A stretch of 64,000 nucleotides of DNA, taken from assembly GCF_006345805.1 (NCBI RefSeq), contig NC_042998.1, positions 19,964,001 to 20,028,000 of the forward strand, in the 5' to 3' direction. Below, piece by piece: positions 28,020 through 41,569 of the stretch (position 1 is its first letter; each line of letters opens with the position of its first letter). This DNA comes from Octopus sinensis (taxonomy: Eukaryota). The position numbers were made by a program, and so were the translations under genes. Below the pieces are notes generated by a model that saw only the letters and a program-made list of their open reading frames with translations, made no database searches and was not told where the DNA came from.

Positions 28020-28250
28020 ATTTCATTACTACCCACAAGGGGCTAAATACAGAGGGGACAAACAAGGATAGACAAACGAGTTAAGTCGCTTACATCGACC
28101 CCAGTGCGTAACTGGTACTTAATTTATCGATGCCGAAAGGATGAAAGGCAAAGTCGACCTCGGCGGAATTCGAACTCAGAACGTAACAGCAGACGAAATC
28201 CGGCTACGCATTTCGCCCAGCGTGCTAACGTTTCTGCCAGCTCGCCGCCT
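28020..28250 (-). mobile_element. Family A long-tail SINE, full length
   Basis: Complete head, core and Tx1-like tail; degenerate ~12-bp TSD. Confidence 0.92.
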
Positions 28251-28982
28251 TTACAACTAAATAGTTTACATTTACATTAATCTTTGGAAGAGATGTCTTC
28301 TCTCTGAGCTAGTAAGCACCAGCGCGTGCACACACACACATATATATATATATATAATATATTGGTTTTCGTTATATGTATACGAGAGTTATTAAAAAGT
28401 AACTTATGTACATAATGTACTTGCAATTATCCATATGTAAGCTTGTGGGACTTATACTCGTCTTTATATCTACGCAGAAAACAGAGACACTAACCAAAAA
28501 GGTGCAGACAGAATGTCGCACACACAAACATATATGATGGCATTCGTTTGGGACCTGATGAACTCGCGCATTACTGCTTGTCATTGTCTGCAATTGTTGA
28601 ACTTCCAATAGGTGCACGAAATGTCTGAATGCATACATGCATGTAAGTGCGTGCACGCATGTGTAATCACGCATGCGTGGGCAGTGTGTACATTGTGAGC
28701 TTATAAGAAAGGTGTGCGTGCATGCATGCATGCGAGTAAATATTTGTGCAGGGCATATTATATGCGAGTGAGTGTCAGTGACTTTGTGATAGATGGAGGA
28801 AGTACACAGACAGCGATATGCGCAGATATGCATGTTGATATACATATTAGATGTTACGTGCTTGTTCCTTTGTGCATGTGGCATGTGCGTGCATTATCAA
28901 CTGCAACGCTGCTGCGCCTTAATAAAGAAGTGCTTGCGGTGCACATTACACAAGTACAATATATATATATATATATATATAT

Positions 28983-29037
<55 letters not shown>

Positions 29038-29369
29038 TACACGTCGCTTGAGGTTCATATCATTCATTCTCAAGCACGAAAACTCTTATATAATCTTCCA
29101 AACGTGTATGTAAATTTATGTGCGAGCATGTGAATGCATAGGCACCTAAGCGAGTGAATAATTACATACATACACGTATATATATATATATATATCATCG
29201 TGACCAATCAGGCGATCAGATGTTGCTACACATCGCTGGTCACAATGCGCATTGTTTTAGCCTTCAACTGACGCCACCACGCTGGCTAAGCAAGCAGGCC
29301 CTATATATATATATGCACAAACACACACACACACATATATATATATGCACACACACACACATATATATA

Positions 29370-29427
<58 letters not shown>

Positions 29428-29719
29428 CACACACACACACATACATATATATATATTCATATACTTATTTATTTATATATTTCTGTCAATGTCCATTTGT
29501 ATGCACTTGCGGATTCCTGCACCCGTTCCCGTGTGTATGTGTATATGCATTTACTTAAACATACATGTGTGTGTGTGTGTGTGTGTGTGCGTGTGCGCAA
29601 GTCTGTGTGTTCACTATTTGTTCATCTGTGTGTATACAAGCTTCTTCCAACCAGGGTCATTCACGGAGAAATTAGTGCAAGAAGTTGTTATTTAAAATGC
29701 AAAGCAGACTCGAGTTAGC

Positions 29720-30597
29720 GATAAAACCAGACTGCAGCTACTGCTGCTGCTGCCTCTGCTGCTACCTCTGCTGCCGCAGCTATTGCGGTTGCTCTTGTTG
29801 CTGCAAATTTCGAGTTTGCTGCAGCTGCTGTCAGTGCTGCAAATATTCGTGTTGCTATTGATGCCGAAGTTGCAGCTGCTTTTGCTGCAGTGTTTCTCAT
29901 TACCACTGTTTGATACTACTGTTCTGTCTGCTGTCCCCCTTTACTTCTACTACTACTACTACTACTACAACTACTACTAATAATGATAATAATGATAATA
30001 AATAATAATAATAATAATGATAATAAATAATAATGATAATAATGATAATAAATAATAATAATAATAATGATAATAAATAATAATGATAATAAATACTAAG
30101 AAGAATGATAATAATATTAATGATAATGAATACTAATAAGAAGAATGATAATAAATAATAATGATAATAATACTAATGATAATAATAATAATGATAATAA
30201 ATAATAATAATAATAATAATAATAATGATAATAAATGATGATAAATAATAATGATAATAATATTAATGATAATAATAATAATGATAATAATAATAACGAT
30301 AATAATAACAATAATAATAATAATAATAATACCGTCACCACGAAAGCTGCTTGATAAACATTATGATGATCATTATGATGATGGTGGGGTGGTGGAAGAG
30401 GATATTACAAAAATTTGGGCCTGATAAAGGATGTGAAATATAAAAGAAAATTACAGCGTATTTCTGATGGAGTCTGTCCTGCACTTACGTAACATTGACT
30501 GTGAAGTGTTTATTTTTTCTTCTTTTCTTGAGGGTATGATTGATGCAGGATGAATAAAAAAAATAGAAAGCTATGGTCTTGGTGTAGTAGTAGCAGC

Positions 30598-30647
<50 letters not shown>

Positions 30648-31314
30648 AGAAATAGTTGTAGCAAAGTCATTGAGAAGAGGGGGGATCAGAAAGAAAATAA
30701 AATGTAAGGAAAGCAAGGAACAAGAATTGTCGGCGAAAGAAAAAGACGAAAGTGAAAAAGAAAATAAAGGACGATAATTGTCGGAGAAAGAAACAGAGTG
30801 AAAGAGAGAAATGGAGAACGAAACAAAGTGAAAGGGAGAAAGAAAAAGATGTGAAGTGAGAAAGAAGGTAAAGAACGATATTGGCAAAGAAAAACGAAAG
30901 TGACCAGAAAGAAAGAAACCAAAATAGAAAGAAGAAAGAAAGAGACAAACAAAAGAGTGAGAAAGAGACAGAGAAAAAGAAAGAACGAAAGAAAATGAAA
31001 GGAAAGAGGGAAAGAAGGGCACAAAGATAGAAAAAGAAAGAATGAATGAAAAGAAAAAAGGGAATAAGAAACGCGAAGCGTCTAAGAGGATACGAAGCAG
31101 GCAGAATGAAAAATGAATGAAAGACTTTGAATAACAGAAAGACATAGAGAAAAAGGTAGTGGAAATGAAAGTATAAACGAAAGAAGATAGAATGTTGTAA
31201 CTGGATTTCATTCTGCATCGTATGAATGATTTAGTGGAAAAGAATGAAAGAAATAAGAGAAGCAAAAATGTTTGAAACGACATGAGTATTGAGTAAAGAA
31301 AAGAAGACGAAGTT

Positions 31315-31348
<34 letters not shown>

Positions 31349-31566
31349 ATGAGCAAGTTGAATAGAACGATTAAAAACAATACATAGGCAAAAAGAGCAA
31401 ACGAACAAAAAGATACGAAGAACAGAAGGAGGTGTTTGAAGAAACAGGAAAGAGTGTAGAAGTGCTTAACAATATGTTCGAAACTGATTCTATAATCTAA
31501 GCTTTTTTTTTTTTCATATACCATACTGCTTTCTACATATGCATACATGCAAGCATATATATATAT

Positions 31567-31608
<42 letters not shown>

Positions 31609-31952
31609 GCACAAACATGTACATATACGCTTATATACATACATGCTCACGTACAAACATATATATATATATATGTGTGTGTGTGTGTATATATATACAT
31701 GTGTGTATATATATGTATGTATATGTATGTCGACTTTGCCTTTCATCCTTTCGGGGTCGATAAATTAAGTACCAGTTTCGCACTGGGGTCGATGTAATCG
31801 ACTTAATCCCTTTGTCTGTCCTTGTTTGTCCCCTCTATGTTTAGCCCCTTGTGGGTAGTAAAGAAATATATATATATATATATATATATACATGTGTGTG
31901 TGTATATATGTATATGTATATATATACATATGTGTGTGTATATATGTATATG

Positions 31953-32008
<56 letters not shown>

Positions 32009-32330
32009 ATATATACGCATACAAGCATTCATAGACACATACAACATACGTGCACGCATATACAAACACACACGCACGTGCATTTGTGTGTGTGTGCGTT
32101 TGACATACGTATACATACATACATATAAATATATACGTATGCAAGCATTCATGATGCTTTTATACACTCACATATAAACACACACATAGACAATATATGT
32201 ATGTGTGTTTGATATATATATATGTATGTATACATGTAGATACACATATACATATATATGGGTATATAAATATGTGTATACATGTATGTATACATGTACA
32301 TGCATGAAAGCACATAGTGCACATATTCAA
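29720..32330. repeat. Simple-repeat cluster: degenerate (GCT)n, (TAC)n, (AAT)n, (TAG)n, purine-rich low complexity, (TA)n/(TG)n
   Basis: Direct reading. Confidence 0.9.
31729..31867 (+). mobile_element. 5'-truncated family A long-tail SINE within (TA)n
   Basis: GTCGACTTTGCC...GTGGGTAGTAAAGAAAT. Confidence 0.9.
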
Positions 32331-33539
32331 ACACTTACATACATGTACCTCTATACTCGATATGATAACCTAAGAAATATATCCAACTAAGTAGTAAAGT
32401 TAACAAACCAATGTTCTCTCCTCCTCTGCCTAACGGCTATAAACGTGATTTCCACATCTATAAGAGCACTAATTCTGTCGCTGCCAAAACGCGTTAGAAA
32501 CATACAATCTAACGCTGAATGGGAATTTGTAAATCTATTACAATGCACCCAGGTGATAATTACAAACTTAACCAACTCAATTTAACTGTAATACAAAAAC
32601 AAAAAAGAATATCTTGGAAATGAATTACAAAATCAATAACTACTGAAGTGAATCAACAGGTCAATCAATAATTAAATAACACCTATGTAGAATAATATAA
32701 GAAAATATAATTAAGATAAATTAAACTAATCAACAAAGATACACTATAACTACAAACATTGCTGTATATCACAAATATATTCAGAAACGAATAGTTATGG
32801 CCAACGAATAAAATGCACTAAGGACCTATGAATATACAACGTTTCAATGACACATCCATTCAAAATCAGATATGTCTATTAAGCAACAACCTATTGGGAC
32901 AAATCGAAACTAAAACAGCGTTAATAACTTATAGTCAAGACTATTGAAAATGTTGCAAGACGCAACGAAAATTTTAGGCAAATATAAGGAATAAATATAA
33001 GGAATAAGTGGAAATTTTACTGGTGAGTGTGTTAAATTATAAGGCACAGAAAGAAAATGACTCCCCCCGGGCACAACAGTAATTATAACTTGAAATCGAA
33101 TTACTAACATAGCTTAATAATTCCAGCAAAATGAACATTTCTGATTACTGGGAACTGTTCTGACTATTTATCTCTTTCAGGCACTTTGGCCAAAACAATC
33201 GGAGTCCAATTATTCTAAGTTATTGTGATCCGTTTACAAGAATTCGAAAAAGAAAAGCGCCAGGAGTCTTCATCACCAGGTTCGAAATTGTTCATCGCAG
33301 TTTTTTACCAATGCCAGAGCAAATATTTCAGCTTCAGATAACCTATAACCTTACTTAATGACATCATTCAGATATAATGAATTTCACAACTCAGAACTAA
33401 TTAGTTCTTAATATAAATTGTTAGGCAGTAGCATACCATGAAACACGTCCCAATGTGATACTTTCAAAAATGTTTGGATATATGTTCTGTATTTTGCTTC
33501 ATTCTCCTTCTCAAAAAGACCGCGCCATGTTCGACTGCT

Positions 33540-33780
33540 TCAACGTTAATAACAAAAGTCAAAGTGTTTATTCTTCTCTTTTAGTTTTTACTGGTTTCAC
33601 TCAACAGAAAATAAAATCCGGTCAAACGAGTGAACCCCATTACATATTAACTTTTTTAAAGCCTGGTATTTATTCGATCGTTTCTTTCACCGAACCGCTA
33701 CGTTACGGGGATGTAAACACAACGCAACGACTGTCAAGCGGCGATGGCGTACAAACACAAAGACGTTTGTCTCTCACACA
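33540..33780 (-). mobile_element. CORE-type SINE (family B), decayed 3' half
   Basis: GAACCGCTACGTTACGGGGATGTAAACAC...GTCAAGCG matches family B. Confidence 0.7.
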
Positions 33781-33801
33781 CACACGTGTGTGTGTGTGAG
33801 T

Positions 33802-33853
<52 letters not shown>

Positions 33854-34288
33854 GGGTTCTTTAAGTTTCTGCGAAATTCTTACCATAATGCCACGCCATA
33901 GAAATTATATTCGTTACATTTGATGTCTTCCGTTCAAAGTTAATTCCTCTTCCTATCACAACAAGGAACATGGTTCAGCTGGGTTTTAACAATATTGAAC
34001 CAATCTGACTCCCTACAAGGTCTACAGATATAATTAAAGCAATTTAATTATTTGATTGGTGGGAAACATATATAATTACCAGATCAAAATCTCGAATGTA
34101 GGAAGCGCTTTTTTTCCCCTTGGAGCATAAGGATTAAAACATAATTTATAGTGTATTATAGCATAAAATACTACACCTAGATGCAACGAATATTTTAATT
34201 CGCAATCACTTCGAGCTTAAATTGATTAACTTCAGGGGGCATCATACGGATAAAAAAAGAGAGGGACCGAAGCGGGATGGGCAAAAAG

Positions 34289-34353
<65 letters not shown>

Positions 34354-34357
<4 letters not shown>

Positions 34358-34471
34358 AAAGAAGGTTTGAAAATGCAACTTTAAGGATGTTTATTCACCT
34401 CTTGAATCTGGCGCCAGACCGAAGAAGGGAATAAACATCTTTAAAATTGCATTTTCAAACCTTCTTTCATA
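34354..34471. repeat. ~118-bp imperfect foldback hairpin between (TA)n tracts
   Basis: TATGAAAGAAGGTTTGAAAATGCAACTTTAAGGATGTTTATTC pairs with GAATAAACATCTTTAAAATTGCATTTTCAAACCTTCTTTCATA (2 mismatches). Confidence 0.9.
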
Positions 34472-34514
34472 TATATTTCCACTGGTGTGGTACCTTACAA
34501 CTTCACTTTGTATT

Positions 34515-34589
<75 letters not shown>

Positions 34590-36084
34590 GTAATAATGAT
34601 AATAATATTAGGGAATAAATTATTATTCCAACCGTACAGGTAAAATTCAGTATAATAATATTATACCGAAATTCGTAATATGTAATATATGTATATAACT
34701 AATTTAAAGATGAACCACAATTTCGTAACTCAGTCAATGAAGGACCCGTCCAAAACCATGCTGTAAGACATATACCATAGAAAATCGAATATAATACAAA
34801 GAAAACATTCATCAAAGAAATATTTTCAATTAGTATTGTACACAGTTCATGACAGCCTACCCATGAACTGTGAATCGGTGACAATTAACCATTCAAACAG
34901 ATACAATTAACTAATCAATCTACAGTCCTAAACTAAGTAATGAACAAGAAATTACTGTCAGGTTTCTCAAAATTTTTTATCTGTTTAACCAATGCAACAA
35001 TGAAAACACCGAACATTTTACTAATGTAACGGTTTTTTTGTTTTTGTTTTCATACACTCACCTCACATGTTATATTATGCGATTATTAACGTGAGTGGGA
35101 AACAAGGTACACCTCACATTAAGATAAATTCTACTAAATGAGCAATACGTAAAATAAAGTTACCAATTTTATTATAAATACCAGAAAAAAAATTTTTACC
35201 AAAAACCTCTTCAACCGAATTCCTATTTATATTCGATATGAGATCCTCTGGATAATTTTTTCAAGCAAATATTCAAAATAGATATATTTAGGAATAAAAT
35301 TATGATCGATATTTCAGCAACAACCACTAAGCTATTTGACAATTTTTTTTTGTTAGCATGTCATATAAATCATAAACACAACATAATTCCCATGGAAATA
35401 TATATCAGATAATATAGGGCTACAAATTCCACTCATCGTAATATCCTTCATTTCTTGAAAAAATTACGCGTTATAGGCAATAAGACAAACTCTTAGTCTA
35501 GTCTTATTTAAAGACGTGAACCATTTTTGCGGCTAAAATTTCGAAATCTATATATACCTTCGAACATGTTGAAATCAAAATTAGTTTAGTGTACAAAAAT
35601 CACGTACATGCATATTTCAAACTATAATCACTCAGATCTTACATGTAAATATTCCTAAGTGTGCAGCCACCCGTATTATAAAAAACAATTTTTTGCAATA
35701 AGTCATAAAAGGCCACCTTAAAGTTTAGTGCATTATTAAATATTATACATAACGTCTTATTGCTACACTTCACTTTTTAGCACACGTCATAGGAATTTCT
35801 TATAGGAAATCAACAAGGAAATCTTGGAATGCATTCCTTCTCTTCTAAGTTGAACCTACTCAACGCTTCCATGATAAGCATTAATTTCCTCATTAAATTA
35901 TTCATAGTCTCACAAACATCAATATAAGCAATATTACCTTTAAACCTAAAGTGATATCCTAAATCTGATTCTTTACCAAATATCATTTAATGGTATTTTT
36001 ATAAATTACAAAATTCCCACCGGTCTAATCTGCAGGTACTATAATGTATTTATATTGCAATCTACTAAATATTTCTGCTTACTC

Positions 36085-37879
36085 ATTCTTCCTCATTTTT
36101 CTTTCTTGGTCTCTTCATTTACATTTCTCTGTTTTTATTCTCTCCGCTTTTTTTGACTGAGAGAGCTACATGGAAAATCAGTCGTTGTTTTCAAGAAAAA
36201 AATTAAGCTGCTGCGATCAAAGATGCCAGATGAACTTTCATCACGGCAAAATGAGTACGTCCCTGCTTGCTCATTCCTATATCATCCTGTTCGTCCATCT
36301 AATTCGTGCCTGCCAATACAAACCGATTAACCTCTATCGCTAGTTCTCAAAATCTTCCACCCTAAATTTTTAATTCAGATGTAATTATGAAAGTATTAAT
36401 CGATTTCGAGAGACCCTCCTCTACTTTTTACCTAATTATCTTACTCTGTTCTCTGTGCTTGGTATTCTTCTCCATTATTATTTTCTAAGCCCTCATTTGT
36501 ACTATTTACGTTACTCTAGGAGTAACAGCCAGGAACTGATGCAGCTTACTCGCGCGAAAATTTTAGTGCATGCGCCATAAGGGTGACCTCCCGCTCAAAG
36601 GATTTTGACCAGAGGAAAAAGTATAAACTCGAATACTATTAGATAGCGCCTCGTATAACCAGATAACACTAACTGGAAGAGGCAGTAGACAGAAGCGTTA
36701 GCATTCCGAGCAAAATGCTTAGCGAAATTTCTTCTGGTTTAACGTTCTGAATTCAAATTCCGCCGAGGTCGACCTTGCTTTTTATCCTTTCGGGTTCGAT
36801 GAAATAAGTACTAGTTTGAGACTGGGGTTTATGTAATCGATATAAGAAGATTCCGTCTTGTTAAGAAGTGTGAAGCTACGCTCCTAGAAAACCCTGTAAA
36901 ACTCCAATTAGATCGATTGCATTGACATTTAAGTTGTCTCTGGGTTAAATATATTACTACCAGTATATTATACTTAAAAATATTTTTATTCGATCAAGTT
37001 TCAAGAAATCGTAAGAAATTTTGCGACGTCAAAATGTCCAACATCGGGCCATCACATGGTTGAATAAATATGACTTTATACTAATTTTTCTGACAACTTA
37101 CAGTCGTAAGATTCCAACTTGTATAAGCCAATATAAGTTTTTTTAGATTACTCATTTACTAAATACGTGAATTTCTGGAATCCGAGATTTGTTTACATTT
37201 TTCTGTAACAAATCACATATGTATGTTGGTAAGTAACACTGTCAAAAGAGAAGAATTTCATTTTATTTCGTTTTAATCTGGTCAGTATCAAGATAAGAGA
37301 ATGAAAAGTTAATGATTATAGATCTCATTCTCTGCTGATATTTTGTATTATTAGTATTATTATTATTATTATTATTATTGTTATTATTATTATTATCATC
37401 ATGTGTCTGGTGTTGGATTGAGGTTTTCTGCTGTCTCTGAGTTGTGTCTTTATATTTAAATTATATTGATTTGTCACTTAAATCCTCTCACTCGTTCTTA
37501 TCTCCTTGTCTTCCCCTCACTTTTCACCTCTTCATTTATATCTTATCTGTTTTTACACCTCTTCATTTATTTCTCTGATTCTTTCATCTCCACTTTATTG
37601 TCGCTTTCTATCTTATCACTTAATTTCTCACGTTCCTTCAGTAATTTTCCTCTCACCTTCTCTCTCTTTCTCTCTCTCTGATTTTCCTTTCTCTTCCTCT
37701 CGCCTCTCTTATTCTCATTTTTTTTCTCTCGGTCTCTTTATTTTCATTTACATTTCCCTGTTTTTATTCTCCCTGCTTCTCTTGACTGAGAGAGCTACAT
37801 GGAAAATCAGTAGATGCTTTCAAGGAAAAATTCACCTGCCGCTATCGAAGGTCCCAGATGAACTTTCATCACGGCAAAA
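36085..37879 (+). repeat. Local direct duplication of ~170 bp (36085-36253 and ~37705-37879)
   Basis: Both carry a polypyrimidine run, then TTGACTGAGAGAGCTACATGGAAAATCAG...CCAGATGAACTTTCATCACGGCAAAATG. Confidence 0.9.
36680..36842 (+). mobile_element. Family A SINE, decayed
   Basis: AATGCTTAGCG...TTCAAATTCCGCCGAGGTCGAC...CCTTTCGGGTTCGAT. Confidence 0.8.
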
Positions 37880-38289
37880 TGCTCAAAAGCAGGCTGTAAC
37901 ATTGAACTCCCACCTTTACAGTATATAACACTGAGAGTGGTCCCAGTATAACCACAGCTTTTGAACTGGAACGCATAAAAGAAAAGAATATTTGAATATG
38001 AACACAACACATTATATATATACATATATTACATGGGAAAATGCAAGCAAGAGCAATAATGTTCTTAAGATTATAAACCTGGAAAATTACAGGACTAGTT
38101 ATTACACTTGGAAAAGTTCAGGTGAACTTATTACATCTGGTAAAGTACAGAACAACAAACTTTTTATTTTAAAAAAACTGCAGCTTAGAATAAAATTTCA
38201 AATAAAATATTTAGATTTAGAATATTATATATATATATATATGTATATAATTAAGGGTATGTACGAGATACCACCATGCTAGTTATAAG

Positions 38290-38992
38290 AGCCAAAACTT
38301 GACTCTAAAGTCACATTAAATGTTCATACAGCACCAGGGTAGAAGACAAAGCGACAAAATAAAACTAGCAAAAAAATTATTGGATAATTTCAGATCTTGG
38401 ATTCTCTATAAAAATCTCAATAGACGAAGACAGCGGGTAGGAAAAGGAGAAACACTGATACCCCAAGCTAAAGAAGGTGTTCCCCCACGTAAGGTGTTGT
38501 TACCTATTTGGTGGGATATGAAAGGTGTAGTCCACTTTGAACTTTTAAACTGGAGCCAAATGATGACAAAGGAGATCTACTGCCAGCAGCTTCAGCATCA
38601 ACGACAATGTTTGGTTTCAAGACGGAAGGTGTTCTTCCATCAAGATAATGCTCGGCCACATACAGCGAGGGTGACATTCCAAAGGCTGGAGCAACAAATT
38701 CGCCGGACATTGCTCCATCTGATTGACGTTTATTCTGTAGTCTTCAGAATCATTTGGGGTGAAAAAATACGAATTCTGCAGACGAGATCATTACTATAGT
38801 GGAGGAGTATTTTTCGTCACAAACTGGTGAATTTGGGAAGAGGGGGCCTTGCAATTCTACCAGATTGATGGAAGAGCATTGTAGAAAATGGAGGAGAGTA
38901 TATTTTAGATTAAAAAAGGACTTTCTTTATCTTAATTTTGAAAACTAAAAGAAGTACAAAAAAAAAACCGCATTATTTGTGAGATGACCCAA
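38290..38992 (+). mobile_element. Decayed mariner transposase fragment with right TIR
   Basis: VLLPIWWDMKGVVHFELL and FHQDNARPH motifs; end CCGCATTATTTGTGAGATGACCCAA followed by TA. Confidence 0.85.
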
Positions 38993-39934
38993 TATTTTCG
39001 AAAAAGCTATAATTTAGCATTAAAATTGATGGTAACTGTTGTCAGGGTACACATAGCTTAACGGGTTCGACCACTCAATCTGTACCTGGGGGGTAAGGGT
39101 TTTGGTTACTCAGAACCACCTACTGGCCACATTTTTATTTTTGTCTTCTAAGGATAAATACCCAATCACAGCCATACTGTTTTCAAAATTTACTCTCTTA
39201 TCTGTAAAGTTCCAACACTTTTGGCGCTTTCAGTGTTGTTTATAAAATGCTCTTATATACAGCAAGTATATATACTTTTGGCTGCAGTACTTTGTATTGT
39301 GAATCGAGTGCAGCTACCACGTATTCATGCAGCAACAGTTCACCTGAATATAGTATGAAACGCATTACTCGTGAAATAGAAGGCTGTTCTGGACATGTTT
39401 TCCGATTAAGTGGAGGAAATGCTTTGCAACAGTGCTTTTGCATCAATGTTTTATGGTAGGTTGTGCTGTATAACATATATTTCCCTCGTGTTTGTCTTCG
39501 GTACATGATGTTCGTAAGCAATTTATTCTTTGTTGGTATTGCCTACGTCATATTGCACTATATTAATCGAAGATGCACTCAACAATAAATCTATGACGTT
39601 CGTCCTTCGATAAACCGGTGAGAAGATCATCAACCAGTCACGACTGCAATAGCAGAACCACGTATACGAATCCATTCAAGTTTCGACATGAATGTATTAA
39701 TCTTCTTGTTTATTTTCTTTTATTTTTGCTGCTTTTTGTTTAGCTTTCAGCTTCACCATTCACATATAGAGAGTCGGGAATAAAATCTATAGTCGGATTT
39801 TGTAAATATTATTTGTAACGCTCCCTGTATACGGGGTGCGAAAAGTATTTACATATATACATATGCTAACACACAAAAGTATATTAATACACAGAAGTAT
39901 ATTATATATTTATAGAAACATCTCTATGTCTTAA

Positions 39935-40308
39935 GGTGGCGAGCTGGCAGAAACAATAGGACGCCGGGCGAAATACTTAGCTATATTTCGTCTGCCGTTA
40001 CGTTCTGAGTTCACATTCCACCGAGGTCGACTTTGCCTGTCATCCTTTCGGGGTCGATAAATTAAGTACCTGTTACGCACTGGGGTCGATGTAATCGATT
40101 TTATCTCTTTGTCTGTCCTTGTTTGTCTCCTCTATGCTTAGCCCCTTGTGGGTAGTAAAGAAATATATATTTCTTTCTGAGTTCAAATTTCGGGGTCGAT
40201 TAAATAAGTACCAGTTATGCAATGGGGATCGATATAATCGACTTAATCCGTTTGTCCGTCCTTGTTTGTTCCCTCTGTGTGTAGCACCTTGTGGGCAGTA
40301 AAGAAATA
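39935..40308 (+). mobile_element. Family A SINE dimer with 21-bp TSD
   Basis: AGAAACATCTCTATGTCTTAA at 39914-39934 and 40309-40329. Confidence 0.93.
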
Positions 40309-40700
40309 AGAAACATCTCTATGTCTTAATAGTGAATAAAAATGTGGGTGTGTTGATTGGTTGGTTGACTTCTCCGGTCACATTATACCTCATGAATGGG
40401 AGAGATATAGAGTGAATGAGTAATACAAATGGAGTTAACATAAGCAATACAGGCTGAGTACACATGCTAGTCTTGTTGCAAGCGTTAAGTAAAAGAACGC
40501 TAGAAGCATATGCTGAGCGAGAAAGAATCATAGAGGAGGATGAGGGAGAGGTAAAAGAGTAAATGACAGAGTATTTATGGAAGGAGATACAATAATAAAA
40601 AATAAGAAATTGCTGCCCGTAGACAGAATATAACAACAATTATCACATTCACTGTCGAACTTGACGGAAAGTATTCCGAATGAATGTGTATGTGACTGTT

Positions 40701-41500
40701 TTATTACCTCCGCCTTCGCTAAAGCGGAGGTATTGTTTTCAGTCGCGTTTGTTTGTTTGTTTCTGTACAAGATATCTCAAGACACGTTGGATGATGGAAT
40801 CGGATGAAATTTTCAGAGATGTTTGGCCTCGTGACTGATTAGATTTGGGGATCGATCCGGTATCGGACAAGGATTCTCGATTATTTTTCCTGTATTTTTT
40901 TACTTAAATTTTGAGAGCGATCGGGTTTATTTTTAGTATTTTCGTTTGTGAAAGCAGTCAAGTTTATTTCAAATATCCTCATTTTAAAAATCATCTCCGG
41001 CTAATCCTTGAGAGGACGTTGGTGTTGTTGTTAGTGTTGTATTTGAGTCAGTTGAGTTTGAAGTGTGGGGATGCACTCCGTCGGTTACGACGACGAGGGT
41101 TCCGGTTGATCCGATCAACGGAACAGCCTGCTCGTGAAATTAACGTGTAAGTGGCTGAGCACTCCACAGACATGTGTACCCTTAAAGTAGTTCTCGGGGA
41201 TATTCAGCGTGACACAGAGAGTGACAAGGCCGGCCCTTTGAAATACAGGTACAACTGAAACAGGAAGTAAGAGTGAGATAAAGTTGTGGTTAAAGAGTAC
41301 AGCAGGGATCACCACTATCCCCTGCCGGAACCTCGTGGAGCTTTAGGTGTTTTCGCTCAATAAACACTCACAACGCCCGGTCTGGGAATCGAAACCGCGA
41401 TCCTACGACCGCGAGTCCGCTGCCCTAACCACGGGGCCATTGCGCCTCCACTGTTTGAAGTGTATACGTTGCATGTGAGTACTGTTATTGTTTAACTGCT
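40701..41500 (+). mobile_element. Hairpin-headed interspersed repeat (Helentron-associated-like), interrupted by a family C SINE
   Basis: TTATTACCTCCGCCTTCGCTAAAGCGGAGGTATTG hairpin followed by (GTTT)n. Confidence 0.45.
41067..41452 (-). mobile_element. Family C tRNA-SINE, full length, 11-bp TSD
   Basis: Head GTGGAGGCGCAATGGCC; TSD GTTTGAAGTGT at 41056-66 and 41453-63. Confidence 0.93.
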
Positions 41501-41569
41501 ATTTATTGAATTGTTGGATCGTTGTTACCTGAAATTGTTGAACTTATCTATTATTTTCAATTTTTCCCC

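Noticed and set aside
28556-28562. Other CTGATGA heptamers (also ~20752 and ~50034 on the minus strand)
   Set aside because: No stem II/GAAA geometry; not hammerheads.
29715-29906. Ala-rich ORF resembling an antifreeze-type peptide
   Set aside because: Degenerate (GCA)n tract adjoining other simple repeats; no splice or start context.
30510-31283. 257-aa F/L/S-rich 'membrane protein' ORF
   Set aside because: Reverse frame of purine-rich low-complexity DNA and (TAG)n.
33181-33357. Exon after TCTCTTTCAG
   Set aside because: Unrecognised peptide and no clear donor.
40330-40680. Coding-looking purine-rich segment
   Set aside because: Stops in all plus frames and no recognisable motif.
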